Shown one piece after another: positions 41,195-55,307 of a DNA stretch of 64,000 bases. The stretch's first letter is position 1. Each line of letters begins with the position of its first letter. Where the stretch lies: the NCBI GenBank assembly GCA_964016885.1, contig OZ024750.1, positions 47,244,001-47,308,000 of the forward strand. Reading direction: 5' to 3'. A program made the position numbers and the translations under genes. The notes under the pieces were generated by a model. The model was not told the DNA's origin. It was given only the letters and a program-made list of their open reading frames with translations, and did no database searches. This DNA comes from Eledone cirrhosa. Lineage: Eukaryota.

Positions 41195-42315
41195 TATATA
41201 TATATATATATATATATTAAGGGACCTATTCAGACTATCGGAGAATCGTGCCAAACTCGGTTGCCAAATTACCTTCTTAAAACGCTGCCTAAAGAACAAC
41301 ATCATTCCAACCACCATCATGGATATGCATCTACCCGAATGTTTACGATCACCATCCTTCGAAAACACCATCCGCCACATTCAACGCACGTTTATCAAGA
41401 AAATACTACGACACAACCACCACCAACTGCGTCTCCATATACAAACGCTTTCCGAGCACATAGATCGTATAGTTCCAACCCTCACCCCTGACCACCAGTT
41501 CCAGGAAATACGCAAAGCTATCGATCAGTGTTACCACACCAGAGTCAAATATGATAAACAGCGCCTTATACGGAAATACGAATGGACTGTAAACAAATAC
41601 TAAAATGACAACATCCGCTCCCACAGACGGACCGACTACAACCACGCCAGGGGCAACAGCTATAGAACACCCTCCGCTACACCCCCCAACATCGATCTAT
41701 CTACCAACGTTGCTTCACACCTCGTTACCGACCTAACCGGTACCCTCACCAACGACGAACTCGAACTTCTGCGCCTCGGACCCAAGTTCATCATTACACA
41801 GCGTCTCGATGATAGACTGAAACTCGATATCGAAACCAACTTCTGTTGGACAGCATATCAACTGAAATGTCTAACCGCCATCCAAAACAACACCGAGATC
41901 GATTACAACCCCACAACCCACCCCACACTCCCCACGTACCACCTCGACAACCCACTCCACCCCCACCCACCAACCACGAACTTGACACTAAACTACTCAG
42001 GTTGAAACATTCTATCTCTAACATCCTTTCCCAACACACACACACAATAAACGCAACCTCACCAATGCACAATTTAATACTCTCACCAACCTAAGATCCA
42101 GGAACCTTGTGTACCTTCCCTCTGACAAGGGGAAATAATTCTGTGTCATCTCGAGAGAGACCTACAACAACTTAGCTCTCCAACATCTTAACGACCACAG
42201 CCTCTACTCGAAAGTCACAGGGACCTCCTCGACTCTAATCGAGGAAGGCATTAACACCATATGGACTAACATCTGTGTCCAACGAAAACTGCCAAAGAAG
42301 GTAAAAAACAACATA

Positions 42316-43293
42316 ATGACTCGAAACAGCAAACTACCCACCTTCTACCACCTGGTTAAAACACATAAACAAGGACCCGATTTGAAAATCAGGCCCATTG
42401 TCTTTAGCGTGGAAGGCCCACTCTACAAAATATCGTGGCTGCTCTCCACACTACTGAAACCTATTCTACACATACTACCAGCCCACGTCTGCAGCTCAAA
42501 GGAGGTCTTGGAGCGACTACACCATCTGGCGCCCAACACCAGAAAGGACAACGGTTATGCCTTCAGTCTTGATGTGGTCGCCCTTTATACCTCCGTACCA
42601 GCATTCCCAGCCGTCGACCTGTTGACCGAACGAGTCCGAGCATCTAACTTACACTGCTTCGGACTCACACACACGGACATCCACCAACTCCTCTCCTTCG
42701 TTGTGGATAATGCACTCTTCAATTTCCTCGGCCACACATACAAACAAATCTCTGGGCTACCTATGGGCTCTAGTCTGTCCGGCATACTTGCGATCTCGTA
42801 CATGGACCACCTGGAACGCAAGGCACTCAATACCTGCCAACCCAACGCCGTCGCCTTCTACTCCAGATACGTTGATGACATCCTGATACTTACTTCTTCC
42901 CGGGAGATGGCGAATGAAATTCACCAAATCTTCAACGATACTGACCATCACGTCGATTTCACCATCGAACACCCAGGAGAAGACGGGTCACTCGCCCTCC
43001 TCGACTTCCGTATCAACATCTCGGAAGAAGGAGACATAAACACCACCTTCTACCGCAAAGCAGCGTGCAAGGACTTATTTGTGCATTACAACTCAGCCCT
43101 CCCCAACAACGCTAAGAGAGGCTATGTCCTAAATGAACTGACACGGATCACTAACAGATGCAGCGACCCGATGGGTGGTCTCACCCATACCACGCAATTC
43201 CGTAATCTACTCAGGTCTAATGGATATCCCAAGCGACTGATTAACGGAATTAGAGACCCAGACCCAATAGACAGACTCCCACTAGAAACTTAA
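42316..43293 (+). pseudogene. RT core of the disrupted PLE ORF (GIY-YIG continues at 43389-43770 in another frame, with a stop)
   Basis: ORF track and RT motifs. Confidence 0.88.
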
Positions 43294-43862
43294 ATAAAAG
43301 CAGGTGCTTCTTTAAAATCCCCCACCTGAGTGAATATACCACGAACGCCATCCGCAGGGCCATACGGACGGAGGGACTTGACATAAATTTGGCCCACACA
43401 GGACCTTCGCTGCGAAGATGCCTCTCCAACAAACCCGACGAGTCAGATGGGACGTGTTCCCTCAGCAACTGCCCGATACGGGGGGCAGATTGCCTACGCA
43501 CCTATGTCGTATATAAGATTCAATGCGATAAATGTAACAAGTTTTACATAGGTAGCACCATCCGACCCCTACATGTTCGTATCAAGGAACATATCAACAC
43601 CAACGCATCTTCCTTCTGTTAACACATCCTTAAATGCGGAAACCCACAGGGTAGACCCTTGGTCACAGTCCTAGCGACTGAACGCAGCATCGGATCCTTA
43701 AGGATAAAGGAAGCACTTGTTATTAAGAACCTCAGACCCCCACTTAACAACCGGGCTGAGAGAAATTAGCTGACATGGCTAACTTAACCATCCTGACCAT
43801 TCACAGCCCTTACGGCCTGCTATTTTCACACACACGCACGTATATGCATACCCATACGCATA

Positions 43863-44175
43863 CACACACACATCTATATTTATACACGCACACATGTTTT
43901 TACAACCTACCACCTTTCACACCCTTTGATTTCCAGCTTCTACAGCCCACTATCTTTCACACACACACGCACTCACACATATACACACACAGTTACACAC
44001 ACATGTATACCCATACGCTTACACACACACATCTATATTTATACACGCACACATGTTTTACAACATACCACCTTTCACACCCTTTGATTTCCAGCTTCTA
44101 CAGCCCACTATCTTTCACACACACACACACTCACACATATACACACTTACACATATACACACACAGTTACACACA
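43863..44175. repeat. Tandem duplication (about 158-bp period) in the PLE 3' UTR
   Basis: cctttcacaccctttgatttccagcttctacagcccactatctttcacac occurs twice. Confidence 0.9.
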
Positions 44176-44400
44176 CATATATATTTACACACACATCTTT
44201 TACGGCTTTCACACGCTAGCACACCCTTTGATTTAACCCATTTGGTCAGTAGCTTTTGCCACAGCCTATCACGCGCACGCGCATTCTTTCCCTCACTTAA
44301 ATTTTAAATAATTTTTCTCCCCATAACGGCATTCCTGTTTTAACGACATCACAACTTTCTCCGCTTAGCCTGTTCCCCCCCCCCCCCCCCTTTTGGAACT

Positions 44401-44436
44401 TCCCCCGTTGATGGGCGTGAGCCCGAAATATTGGGA
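44401..44436 (+). ncRNA. Degenerate minimal HHR
   Basis: tccc-CCGTTGA-t-gggc gtga gccc-GAAA-TATT-ggga; two core deviations. Confidence 0.6.
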
Positions 44437-44583
44437 TTAAATCTCCACTACGGTAACCCTTCTACCTTTGTTTTGTTTTCATCTTTGTCTCTCTCAATGT
44501 TCACTTTATCCTATTTCTCCTATCTATCATTCACTTCCTACCTCGAGATTTCCCTCTGCATTGTTGTGGCTTTCTAAACTACG

Positions 44584-44668
<85 letters not shown>

Positions 44669-44680
44669 TATATATATATA

Positions 44681-45005
44681 TAATATAAGATCAAAAGATG
44701 GTTAAAGGAGTTCCATATATTTTATTATGCGCATTTCAAAAACAAACATCATCATGCAATAATATTTGTGTTTTCATCAGATAAAACAGGAGAACATGAT
44801 ATGAAGGCTAAAAAACACTTGTGGATAGTGCAGTTTTAAATCAACACATGATGAAGTTTGTTTTTGAAATGCGCATAATAAAATATATGGAACTCCTTTA
44901 ACCATCTTTTGATCTTATATTATGCATACTCCAGTCCCACAAACTGGAGAGTGCTTCTTATCCGATATCTGCATAGCTTTATTGTACTACAATAAAACTC
45001 ACCTC

Positions 45006-45009
<4 letters not shown>
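44681..45009 (+). mobile_element. Fold-back HHR element family A copy 2 (HHR 44722-44784 on minus strand)
   Basis: Same sequence as 3900-4320 in opposite orientation. The tail-bearing arm restarts inside HHR stem II at about 44849. Confidence 0.9.
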
Positions 45010-45036
<27 letters not shown>

Positions 45037-45114
45037 AATATATATATATATATATATTAATATATATATATAGAGAGAGATTACAGTAATCAAAGTTCAG
45101 TTTAAGTCATTTAT

Positions 45115-45163
45115 TTGCTTACAATTGTTTCCTCCAAACCGAGGTTTGGATTCTTCGGAGCAA
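45115..45163 (-). ncRNA. Minimal HHR with CCGAAGA core
   Basis: ttgct-CCGAAGA-a-tccaaacc tc ggtttgga-g-GAAA-CAATTG-TA-agcaa; all three stems pair. Confidence 0.8.
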
Positions 45164-45555
45164 CTATTTATAACATACTTGACCTCCTTTTCAACCCAAG
45201 AGACACATAAAACATATGCGCATATTGATCAGCAGTGGGGTGACATTCATCAAATGAAACAGCATGGCAATTTACATATAAAATGTTACATGATAAAAAT
45301 AAAATAAAATAAAATAAAATAAAATAAAAGCAATAGTGAAAATAAAGATAAACATGAAGCGTTTAATAACTGATGTTATTACATTTAATTATTTTTAATA
45401 ACGTTTAATAACTGATGTTATTACATTGAGCTATTTAACTTACTGGTAATAGGATAGTAATTATAGACTATCTCTCACTATTTAGGGTATCTGTATATAT
45501 AATACATTACCATCAAAGGTTTTATTGCATACATAACCATAAATAGTACCCTTAA

Positions 45556-45617
<62 letters not shown>

Positions 45618-45619
<2 letters not shown>

Positions 45620-47565
45620 TTGTAAGCATTCCAACCATCCTGCCAGCATTACCAAGAACCTGGTAAGAAACGTTTCGTTGAGGCTTTCCCGTCTTTCCAC
45701 CAACGAGCGCATTTTCAACGACCATTCCACTTATTACAATGAAGCTCTTGCTCAAAGTGGATTTGTCGATAAGGTAGCATATACAGAGTACGAATATAGA
45801 CCTAGAAGAAATAGATCCCGTCGCATTTGTTGGTTTAACCCACCATATAATATGGAGGTGGCCACACCATTAGCTAAGATCTTCCTTTCCCTTATTACGA
45901 AGCATTTTCCCCCTACACATAAATATAGTAAAACTTTTAATAGAAATACTATTAAAATGTCTTACTCTACGACTCCTAACCTTGCACATAACATCAAAGC
46001 TTCAAATTTAGCTAAACTATCCAGCCGTAGGAACACGTGCAACCCTGTAGTTAGTACTAACTGTAATTGTAGGAATCGGGCTGATTGCCCCCTATCCGAG
46101 AAATGCCTCTCTAGTAACATTGTCTACAAATGTAAGGTTGTAACACCCACGTCCCGTAGGGCCTACATAGGGTTAACCGCCAATAGTTTCAAGCAGCGTC
46201 TTTACATGCATACCCATTCTTTTCGTTACCCTCTAAGAAGGAATATGACGTCACTTTCAGCTTATATCTGGAGTCTAAAAGACAACCACACCCAATAAAA
46301 GTTACACTGGGAGATCCCAGCTAGGGCTAGATCGTATAACGGAAATAAAAGACCATGTGACCTCTGCGCCGCTGAGGCCCTGGAAATACTCTACGCCACA
46401 GACCACATCTTAAACAAAAATTCTAAGGCAGTTTCGGCTTGTAAACATAAATTGCACAAAACTTTCCTGTATTACAGCCCCACGTTATACCCTAACGGAT
46501 AGTACGATCTATACGTGGATATTTTACGTCTTGATGTGGGAGCTAAGTATATGTTTTGTTTATTCCTTTACTTATTTGCATAGGTAAGTATATATTACCC
46601 GTATGTTTTGTGAAGGTATGTATACCTTCTCGTACGTATATTTGATTGTTATGGCGTATAATTTTTATATATTCTGGTATTTAGGGTTTGGCTATGTGTA
46701 TACGGGAGTTTTGCGTCTGCGTGAGTATGCAGGTTCGTACGTATGGTGGGTGTGTGTATATGTGTACTTCTTGTGTTAGTTGACTTACGTCTCCGAACAT
46801 TCGTGTATTTATATGTAGGTATGTGTGTGCGCTTGTTATATACGTATTTATTTACTTATATACGTTTATATAATTATTTATTTATTTGTACACAAGTATA
46901 CACATACACACACATATTTATATGTGCGTGGTTTTGTATACCTATGGTAAGGTTTTGCGTATGCTTGTGTATGTACGTATTTGTTTGCGTGTACGTATTT
47001 ATTTTTTACTATTACTTCTGTATTGTATTTATTTACTTTGTTCTTAACTCTGTAGCGGAGATTCATTTGGTCTCCTAGTTAGAATTTTAGTCTACGACTT
47101 CTGCTATACCATTTACGTGGTTTTGTTTTTGCGTGCTATTGTTCTCTTCGCTCCACATATGACTTATTATCTTCGTTTTTTCGTTCATTGCCAGAGAACG
47201 TCTCTATGCACCACCTAAGAGAACATTAGTCTCCGACCTCTTTTATACCATAAACGTGGTTCTGTCTTTGCGCGTAATTCTTTTTCACCGCTCCTATTAA
47301 TGACGTATTATTCGTTTTTTCCATGAACCAAAGTATCGTCTTCCTGTCTTCCTCCCGTTGCAACGTTTTTTGAAATATCCAGTTCTGCGTTTACAGATTG
47401 ATTTTGTTAGTTTCTGAAGATCCCGTTAAGGGTGAAAGCAGCGATTCTTTGCTTAAACTTTAATCTGTTATTTAATAAATATTTGCTCTACGGTTCTTAT
47501 ATATTTGATATATATTTATCCTTATCGAGCCCTCTTTGGATTTTAGTCTTCAATTTTATATTTAT

Positions 47566-47568
<3 letters not shown>
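45618..47568 (+). mobile_element. 5'-truncated PLE (WFNPP-type, family E): thumb + GIY-YIG (45618-46502, one internal stop), 1-kb 3' UTR, HHR-like core 47414-47437
   Basis: HSNHP, ICWFNPPY, IKMSYS, CNCRNRADCPLSEKCL, IVYKC...YIGLT...FKQRLYMH, CDLCAAE; CTGAAGA-t-ccc gttaa ggg-t-GAAA; (TA)n on both sides. Confidence 0.92.
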
Positions 47569-47626
<58 letters not shown>

Positions 47627-47985
47627 ACTCTGTAGTATCCAATACAAATACTTTGAGCACATCATGACAAAAATGATTTATTAATATGACCATGGAAAGC
47701 AGAGGTTTAATAATTTTTCTTAGTTCTATTTGAAATGATTTAGTCGATCACGTAATAATTATTGTTGTATTATATAAAAATACGTCGATTACATTTGTTT
47801 CATATTTAACCTAATATAAATCGTAGTACTCAATTCTGTTTCCCTGCGTTAAAAAATGTAATTAACACTTGATCTTGATTTCTAACCATTATCAAACATA
47901 ATTTGGTCAATATTTGTTTGAGGTGACGTAGGTTTTATGGCACAAACATTCTTAGTTGAAAGTGTCCATATTTCAATTAAAATCA

Positions 47986-48191
47986 TTGGATTGGCAGAAC
48001 CGGTAAAGCGTTCGACAACAAGCTTTCTTGTATCCAGTTACAGCCCTTTACGTTCAAACCCCCACTGTGGTTAGTTTTTATTTCATCCTCATGTGGTCGA
48101 TAAAATAAAGTACCAATCATGTACTGTGGTCAAGGTAATCGACTCTCCCCCCCCCCCCACACGTTTGAGCTTGTGCTAAATTAGAAACAAT
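47986..48191 (+). mobile_element. Older Meta-domain SINE subfamily
   Basis: ttggcagaaccggta, gttcaaaccc, ttcatcctcatgtggtcgataaaataaagtacca, tagaaacaatt. Confidence 0.8.
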
Positions 48192-50907
48192 TATACTTTT
48201 GTTTAAAGATTTAATTCAAACGGCAAACGTTATCTCAAAAGGAAAAATAGATATTCCTATTAACTTTCCAAAGTTCTGCTTATTCGGGACATTGATTAAT
48301 ACAAACACACGGTGTCCTTCGTCTGAAATATGGTCACAAAAAGAATAAAGCGTAATATTAAAAATAAACAGAATCACAAGTGTGCAAGTAAGACAAATAA
48401 AAATAGAAATCAGATAGAAATACGCACAAATATCGTATGGTTATAACAATAGCCTGTCCCATAAAATGTCTAAATATAGGTATCACGAAATATCAACGAG
48501 CACAAGTACTCAAAGAAACCATAGTTATTACCCCCCATCAAATCTATATCGTTTACTTTCTTGGCAAATAACATCAGATACCATTTCCTAACATGTAGCC
48601 ATTTGCTTTTATAGCCGTGCAAATAACAACGTTATTAGAAACCATAGGATTCGACTGGAACAAATTTAACAAATAAGGTGTGTTCAACGCTTGGATCTAA
48701 AATCAATATCCACTAAGTGACCACCTAAGAGTTTCCTGTTCTCAACTACAGCAACGTAATTTCAATAAAGCTTAATAACAAACAGCAACAGTCAGCATGA
48801 AAATTACAAGAGATAACATGACAACAAGCGTCAAACACACGTGAGAAAACGTAAATGAAATACTTCAAACCTGATGTAGCATTAAAACACAAGATCACTT
48901 AAAAGAATATTCAAATGAAACAGAGAAGTGAGAGAATGAATGAAATGAAATCAGTAAACTGACATTTCTATTTCTCCACCAGATTACACCACTCCAAATC
49001 CCAAAGACAAATATTTTGTAGAATAATCAATTCCATATATACAATGCTTCCAACATATTTCACACAGTGTATTGAAAACGAAAATATTTGCTGTGAAATA
49101 TTAAACCAAACATTTGCATCAAACACTTCTCTAAATTATCGAAACACCAAAGGAAATGAAAGAGTTGACTAAATTTGGATTAAATATGATTTAATGATAT
49201 TTATGTATGATTACAATTTCTTTGAATAAAAAAAATAATTAACACACAATTTCTATATAACAAAAGGCAAGCATCCAAAACCTACTAAACTTAACACTAA
49301 ATAACATGAAAACTGAATGAAAGTAAATTCAAGCAAATTTGAAAATTGCCACTAACGGATATATGCAACCACTAAACTAGATATGACAATTTACTAATAC
49401 TATTTCTACAATGAGAATTTAGCAGCAAACAATTAATTTCCATTGATTTATTTTTATCATTTTCCTATTTCCACAGTATTTATTTAATAACTTTGCTATA
49501 ACTCTACTTGTACATATTCTTACTGAAATAAAAGCTGAAGTATATATCTACAGCATTTGGTGTTCACATACCAGCGCGTTTTTCTTTGATGAAAAAGTGC
49601 TGCTGCATCTCACCACTCTTTCAGCTCTCACGATTTGGATGTTCCACCGAAGGAAGTTAAGTTCAATCGAGAGGGTGCCTGTGCCCACTAGATTTTTTAT
49701 GTTTACAATAAAAGACATAGCCACAGCATGCTTGATGTATACTACGTTGTCATCCTAGATTATTGGAGATGGTGGTATTACGTTTACATTACGTTTACAA
49801 CTCGCTGAAAATTATGTTCACTACAAATATTTGCATCAAGAGAAAAACTGTTCAACTAATTGGTATATAATCACTCATTGAAATCATCTTCTATCATCTT
49901 GCAAACATACAAGTTGTTTACGCTATCCACCTCTTCTACTGCTACTACAATGATATCTACTTCACAGAGATAGGTGATTTCATGCCTCTACCATTCGCAC
50001 ATTCGCTACTCAAGCATTACTGTGATGGTATATCTTGTGCCCACCATTTCAGGTCCCGCGCCATCTACAAGGCCTACCCCTTATTCACCAGAAGATAAAT
50101 TATCTGGAATTACTTACATGATTTTTTTTCTTCATGCAAAATGTCATCTGCCACCATCTCAACGTCCTCAAACAGCGCACCTCACACATTACAAATAAAA
50201 ACGATGATCTTATTCATATCATATGCGTTATCTCTCTATAAACCATTACCTATTCTTATTTTAGTTAAATATGTGTTTTAACTTGTCACTGGATACAATG
50301 TACTGTTAAATTATGTTGCTGCTAAGCTGTATGAAAATGAATGTATTTAAATGTAATCATTCTACCGAGAAGATTTATAAAATCTGATTCATAGTAACGA
50401 TAATATGATAAAGGATGAATCAGTGGCGAGCAATCAAATAAAAGATAGCATTATCGGTGTTCTACCAGCATGCTAAACTAAAAGACGGTTACCGATTACC
50501 AGATATTAAGATTAAAATTATACCTATTATATCTTTACACATTTACTAAATGAATACAGTACTCTCTATTAAGAATTCTGTATCGTAAAGGTCAAAGGGA
50601 AAGTTTACTATTTCAGTAAATATCCTAAGAAATAACTGCCAATTAAAATTTCGTGAAACCTAATCAGAAACATTTCTTCATTTCACATTGAAAGACAGAA
50701 GATATTCCTACTGGAGAATATCTGATAACACATGAGAATCAGAGATATAAACTAGAGAACAATGTGAAGGCCTCATTAACGACAAACACAAAAGTACTTA
50801 ATAATACAAGGACACTATAAGGTTTCCAGTTCCAGCTGCTATCTCTCTCATGAACGGTAAGTCTGCTATACAACGAAAAACCCATAAGAACAGGCATTAT
50901 GTTTAAG

Positions 50908-51089
50908 TGGATTGGCAGTATCGGTAGAGAGTCGGACGCCATGCTTTCCAGCATAGTTACGTCCCTCTACGGCCTGCGTTCAAATCATGCCGAGGTTAAC
51001 TTTGCCTTTCATCCTTACGGGGTTGATAAAATAAAGTACCAGTAATGTACTGGATAATTGCTGGCCTTGTACCAAAAGTAGAAACAATT
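50908..51089 (+). mobile_element. Meta-domain SINE with TSD attatgtttaag
   Basis: Consensus match; duplication at about 50896 and 51087. Confidence 0.9.
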
Positions 51090-51181
51090 ATGTTTAAGCG
51101 TACTTAAATATCAGTACCCTTGAAATACATATAACAGAAATATGGTTTTATAAAGATATTTTCCATTTATTAATATTCTTA

Positions 51182-51194
<13 letters not shown>

Positions 51195-51274
<80 letters not shown>
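51195..51274. repeat. (TG)n microsatellite
   Basis: Direct reading. Confidence 0.97.
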
Positions 51275-51276
<2 letters not shown>

Positions 51277-51949
51277 GTGCGTATAAGATAAGACTGATTT
51301 TTAATAAAAAGGTAACAGAGTTTTAAGTAATCCCTGTAAAAACTTATTTCTCCGAAGTTACACACACGTTTAATCATGTGCACCAATTATACATACATGC
51401 TATACATTTACATAATCATATCCTAGAAATGAAGAAATGTATTAAATTTCCGCCTTATACATATTCAATTCAGCGTGTCGTGAAGCAACATAAATTATAT
51501 GGCTTCCCTTTATATATGTCATAAAGCATTTTACAGTTTGATTGTAGATATATGTGGTAATACTGGAAAATATGGCATCTAAATCATAAACTCTAACTAG
51601 TAAAAACATTCAAGGCTTTCTAACGGCTCAAAGACACTTGTTAAGAAATAATGAATGTTTTGTTGATTCCCTGAGAGATGTTATTTTTTGACAAATATTT
51701 ATATTTAGTTTCCCAATATATGAGAGAGATCATGTAGACCTGTAAATTATACTAATAGTCGAGCACTAGCTTTGGCATACCCGGCGCATAACATTGCTCC
51801 CTATCACACTTCAAGCCACACACACACATACACACACACACACAGCCACACGCACACATATATTTATGGTGAGAATGTGACTGTATGTGAGCTGACTGGA
51901 TAGAATGATATGAGCTGACTGTATGTGAGCTGACTGGTGATAGGGGAGA

Positions 51950-52303
51950 TCACTCAAATTAGACTCTTGCAGAAGACGCATTTTATTTGAGTTAGATCAT
52001 TCCACGTAGCGTTTATGGTTATACCGGGTCTTTCCCGTTACGAAGGTTGTCTGATCGTTAAGGAAGCGTTCTTTAAACTGGCCATCAGTCATGCCTTAAT
52101 ATGTTCTGAACTCTTGATCAGAATCAAGTAACCTTATATACACTTCCGTTCTCACCGCAGTCATACACGGAAGAGAAATCCGTTCGGTGAAACGCGCGTC
52201 GTGGAGTATTGTTTGATAATTTTTGTGAAAATAACATAATACCGAACTTGTCATCTGGACTAAGTGCTCTACTTACTACTGATATAACATCTCGGTCTTT
52301 TAG

Positions 52304-52306
<3 letters not shown>
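51950..52306 (+). mobile_element. Probable PLE 3' fragment with degenerate HHR (52168-52200)
   Basis: CGGAAGA...GAAA-CGCGCG-TC, a KEA-like peptide upstream, about 105 nt to (TA)n. Confidence 0.55.
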
Positions 52307-52371
<65 letters not shown>

Positions 52372-52530
52372 GTAGCTTCACCATTTTTGTTTGTTTACAC
52401 ACGTGTCCCCTTTATTTACGTGTCCCAACGACTTTTTTATCCGTTGCTCCCACCAACCGGAGGTATATGGTCTTTAAAGAGATAAAATACCAATGATGGT
52501 TGGAAGATCACTGATGAAGGACTAACTTTA

Positions 52531-52570
<40 letters not shown>

Positions 52571-52572
<2 letters not shown>

Positions 52573-52759
52573 GATTTTTCGTTTTCCACTCTAAAATACT
52601 CTGTTCTGTACGAGCATAGAGTGTTCAACCGGTATACCGCCTATAGAAACATCTTAGATATCAATAGACATAAATACGGTTCTACTGTTCTTATACATTT
52701 GATATATATTTATCCTTATCGAGCCCTCTTTGGATTTTAGTCTTCAAAATTATTATTAT

Positions 52760-52762
<3 letters not shown>
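52571..52762 (+). mobile_element. Family E-related 3' end fragment
   Basis: Last about 75 nt nearly identical to 47493-47568; upstream part differs. Confidence 0.75.
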
Positions 52763-52810
<48 letters not shown>

Positions 52811-52812
<2 letters not shown>

Positions 52813-53018
52813 AACGAGTAGGACCCCGACGGCTGAGCTGAAGCCGTTTCGACGGCTAATTCTGGACTAAAATAATTTGGGTCCAGAATTAGCCGTCAAA
52901 ACGGCTTCAGCTCAGCCGTCGGGGTCCTACTCGTTCCTATTACTCACTCAACTACACTAAGTATTGAGTACTTTGGTGCGTTATGGTCCACCTGGTTCCT
53001 TACCACATTTCCTTCGTT
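52811..53018 (+). mobile_element. Family D fold-back mini-element
   Basis: Arms 52811-52867 / 52881-52937, 81-bp tail, (TA)n flanks. Confidence 0.9.
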
Positions 53019-53021
53019 ATA

Positions 53022-53052
<31 letters not shown>

Positions 53053-53177
53053 TACATATATATATATATAACATATATATATATATATTATATATATATA
53101 TAAATATTATATATATATATATTATATATATATATAAATATTATAATACATATATATATATATATATATTATATAAC

Positions 53178-53243
<66 letters not shown>

Positions 53244-53257
53244 ACATGTATAATACA

Positions 53258-53292
<35 letters not shown>

Positions 53293-53293
53293 C

Positions 53294-53345
<52 letters not shown>

Positions 53346-53479
53346 CATATGTATATATATATTATATATATATATATATATATAAAACATATATATATAT
53401 ATAACATATATATATATATATATAACATATATATATTTATAAAACATATATGTATATATATATAACATATATATATATA

Positions 53480-53547
<68 letters not shown>

Positions 53548-53714
53548 ATATATATATATATATATATATATAACATGTATATATATATATAACACATATA
53601 TATATATATAACATATATATATATAATATATATATATATAACATATATATATATATATAACATATATATATATATATATATGTAATATGTATATATATAT
53701 ATATACATACATAT

Positions 53715-53750
<36 letters not shown>

Positions 53751-53773
53751 ATATATATATATATATATATATG

Positions 53774-53859
<86 letters not shown>

Positions 53860-53877
53860 CATATCTATATATATATG

Positions 53878-53983
<106 letters not shown>

Positions 53984-54075
53984 GTTTGTATATGTATAAT
54001 AAAGCCAAAACAATGCAGGTATGGACATAGAATAAAGAATGCACATGCAAAAGATATTGTTGACAATTAGTCTTT

Positions 54076-54120
54076 TACCTTAGATTTAATTTCGAGATAA
54101 TATCTCTTCTTCGGATGGAA
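54076..54120 (-). ncRNA. HHR candidate with CCGAAGA core, in a TA-flanked element about 53983-54430
   Basis: CCGAAGA-a-gagat att atctc-GAAA-TTAAA-TC; weak stem I; about 95 nt from (TA)n. Confidence 0.5.
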
Positions 54121-54430
54121 GTAAAGCGGTTAAACCAATGTTCCAAATAGCTTGCCAAGTCATGCTGACAAGAAATGGTATAGAGTATCTGTTCTATCTC
54201 TAATGTCATAGAGGTAATGTTAGGTGGATAAAGAGTAGTCTCCCTTTAACTTGTTTTTTTTTACATGCCTGTGTGGGAGAATGCCTGTGTGGGAGAATGC
54301 ATGAAGGTGTAAGTATGTGAGTGTGTGTGTGTGAGAGTGAGAAGATATGTCTATACGTAAATGTGGGGGGTAGATGTTATCTCGTGTTAGAACTGGTCTT
54401 TGTGTGTGTATGTGTGTGTGTGTGTGTGTG

Positions 54431-54461
<31 letters not shown>

Positions 54462-54520
54462 TACATATATATGTATATATATGTAATATATATATATATA
54501 TATATTACATATATACATAT

Positions 54521-54583
<63 letters not shown>

Positions 54584-54625
54584 TATATATAATATATATA
54601 TATATATGTAATTCATATATATATG

Positions 54626-54682
<57 letters not shown>

Positions 54683-54690
54683 ATATATGT

Positions 54691-54796
<106 letters not shown>

Positions 54797-54797
54797 C

Positions 54798-54830
<33 letters not shown>

Positions 54831-54860
54831 TATGAATATATATATATATATATATATATT

Positions 54861-54905
<45 letters not shown>

Positions 54906-55035
54906 ACATATATTACATATATATATATCTATTTATATATATATATATTACATATATATATATATATTACATATATATATATAACATATATATATATATA
55001 TTACATGTATATATATGTATATATATGTAATTTAC

Positions 55036-55067
<32 letters not shown>

Positions 55068-55071
<4 letters not shown>

Positions 55072-55259
55072 ATAATAATAAATGCTTAGACTAAAATCCA
55101 AAGAGGGCTCGATAAAGATAAATATGTATCAAATACATAACCATCCTTGGGCAAATGTTTATTAAAATAACAGATTGAAGTTTAAGCAAAGAATCGGTGC
55201 CCTAACGGGATAGTGTGAAAGCAGCAATTCTTTGCTTAAACTTTAATCTTTTATTATAA

Positions 55260-55260
<1 letters not shown>
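55068..55260 (-). mobile_element. Family E fold-back mini-element
   Basis: Minus-strand copy of 47420-47568 followed by an inverted copy gtgaaagcagc...taatcttttattataat that lacks the last about 92 nt. Confidence 0.85.

Positions 55261-55301
<41 letters not shown>

Positions 55302-55307
<6 letters not shown>

Larger units (their letters stand above)
41221..44586 (+). mobile_element. Near-full-length PLE (different family), frameshifted, flanked by (TA)n
   Basis: N-terminal [75 protein letters not shown]...R...EH, KEAL...LN. Confidence 0.92.

Noticed and set aside
49577-49755. Minus-strand open stretch between AG and GTATGT (DDNVVYIKH...IKEKRA), possible host exon
   Set aside because: No recognisable protein, poor polypyrimidine tract and no partner exons; needs RNA-seq.
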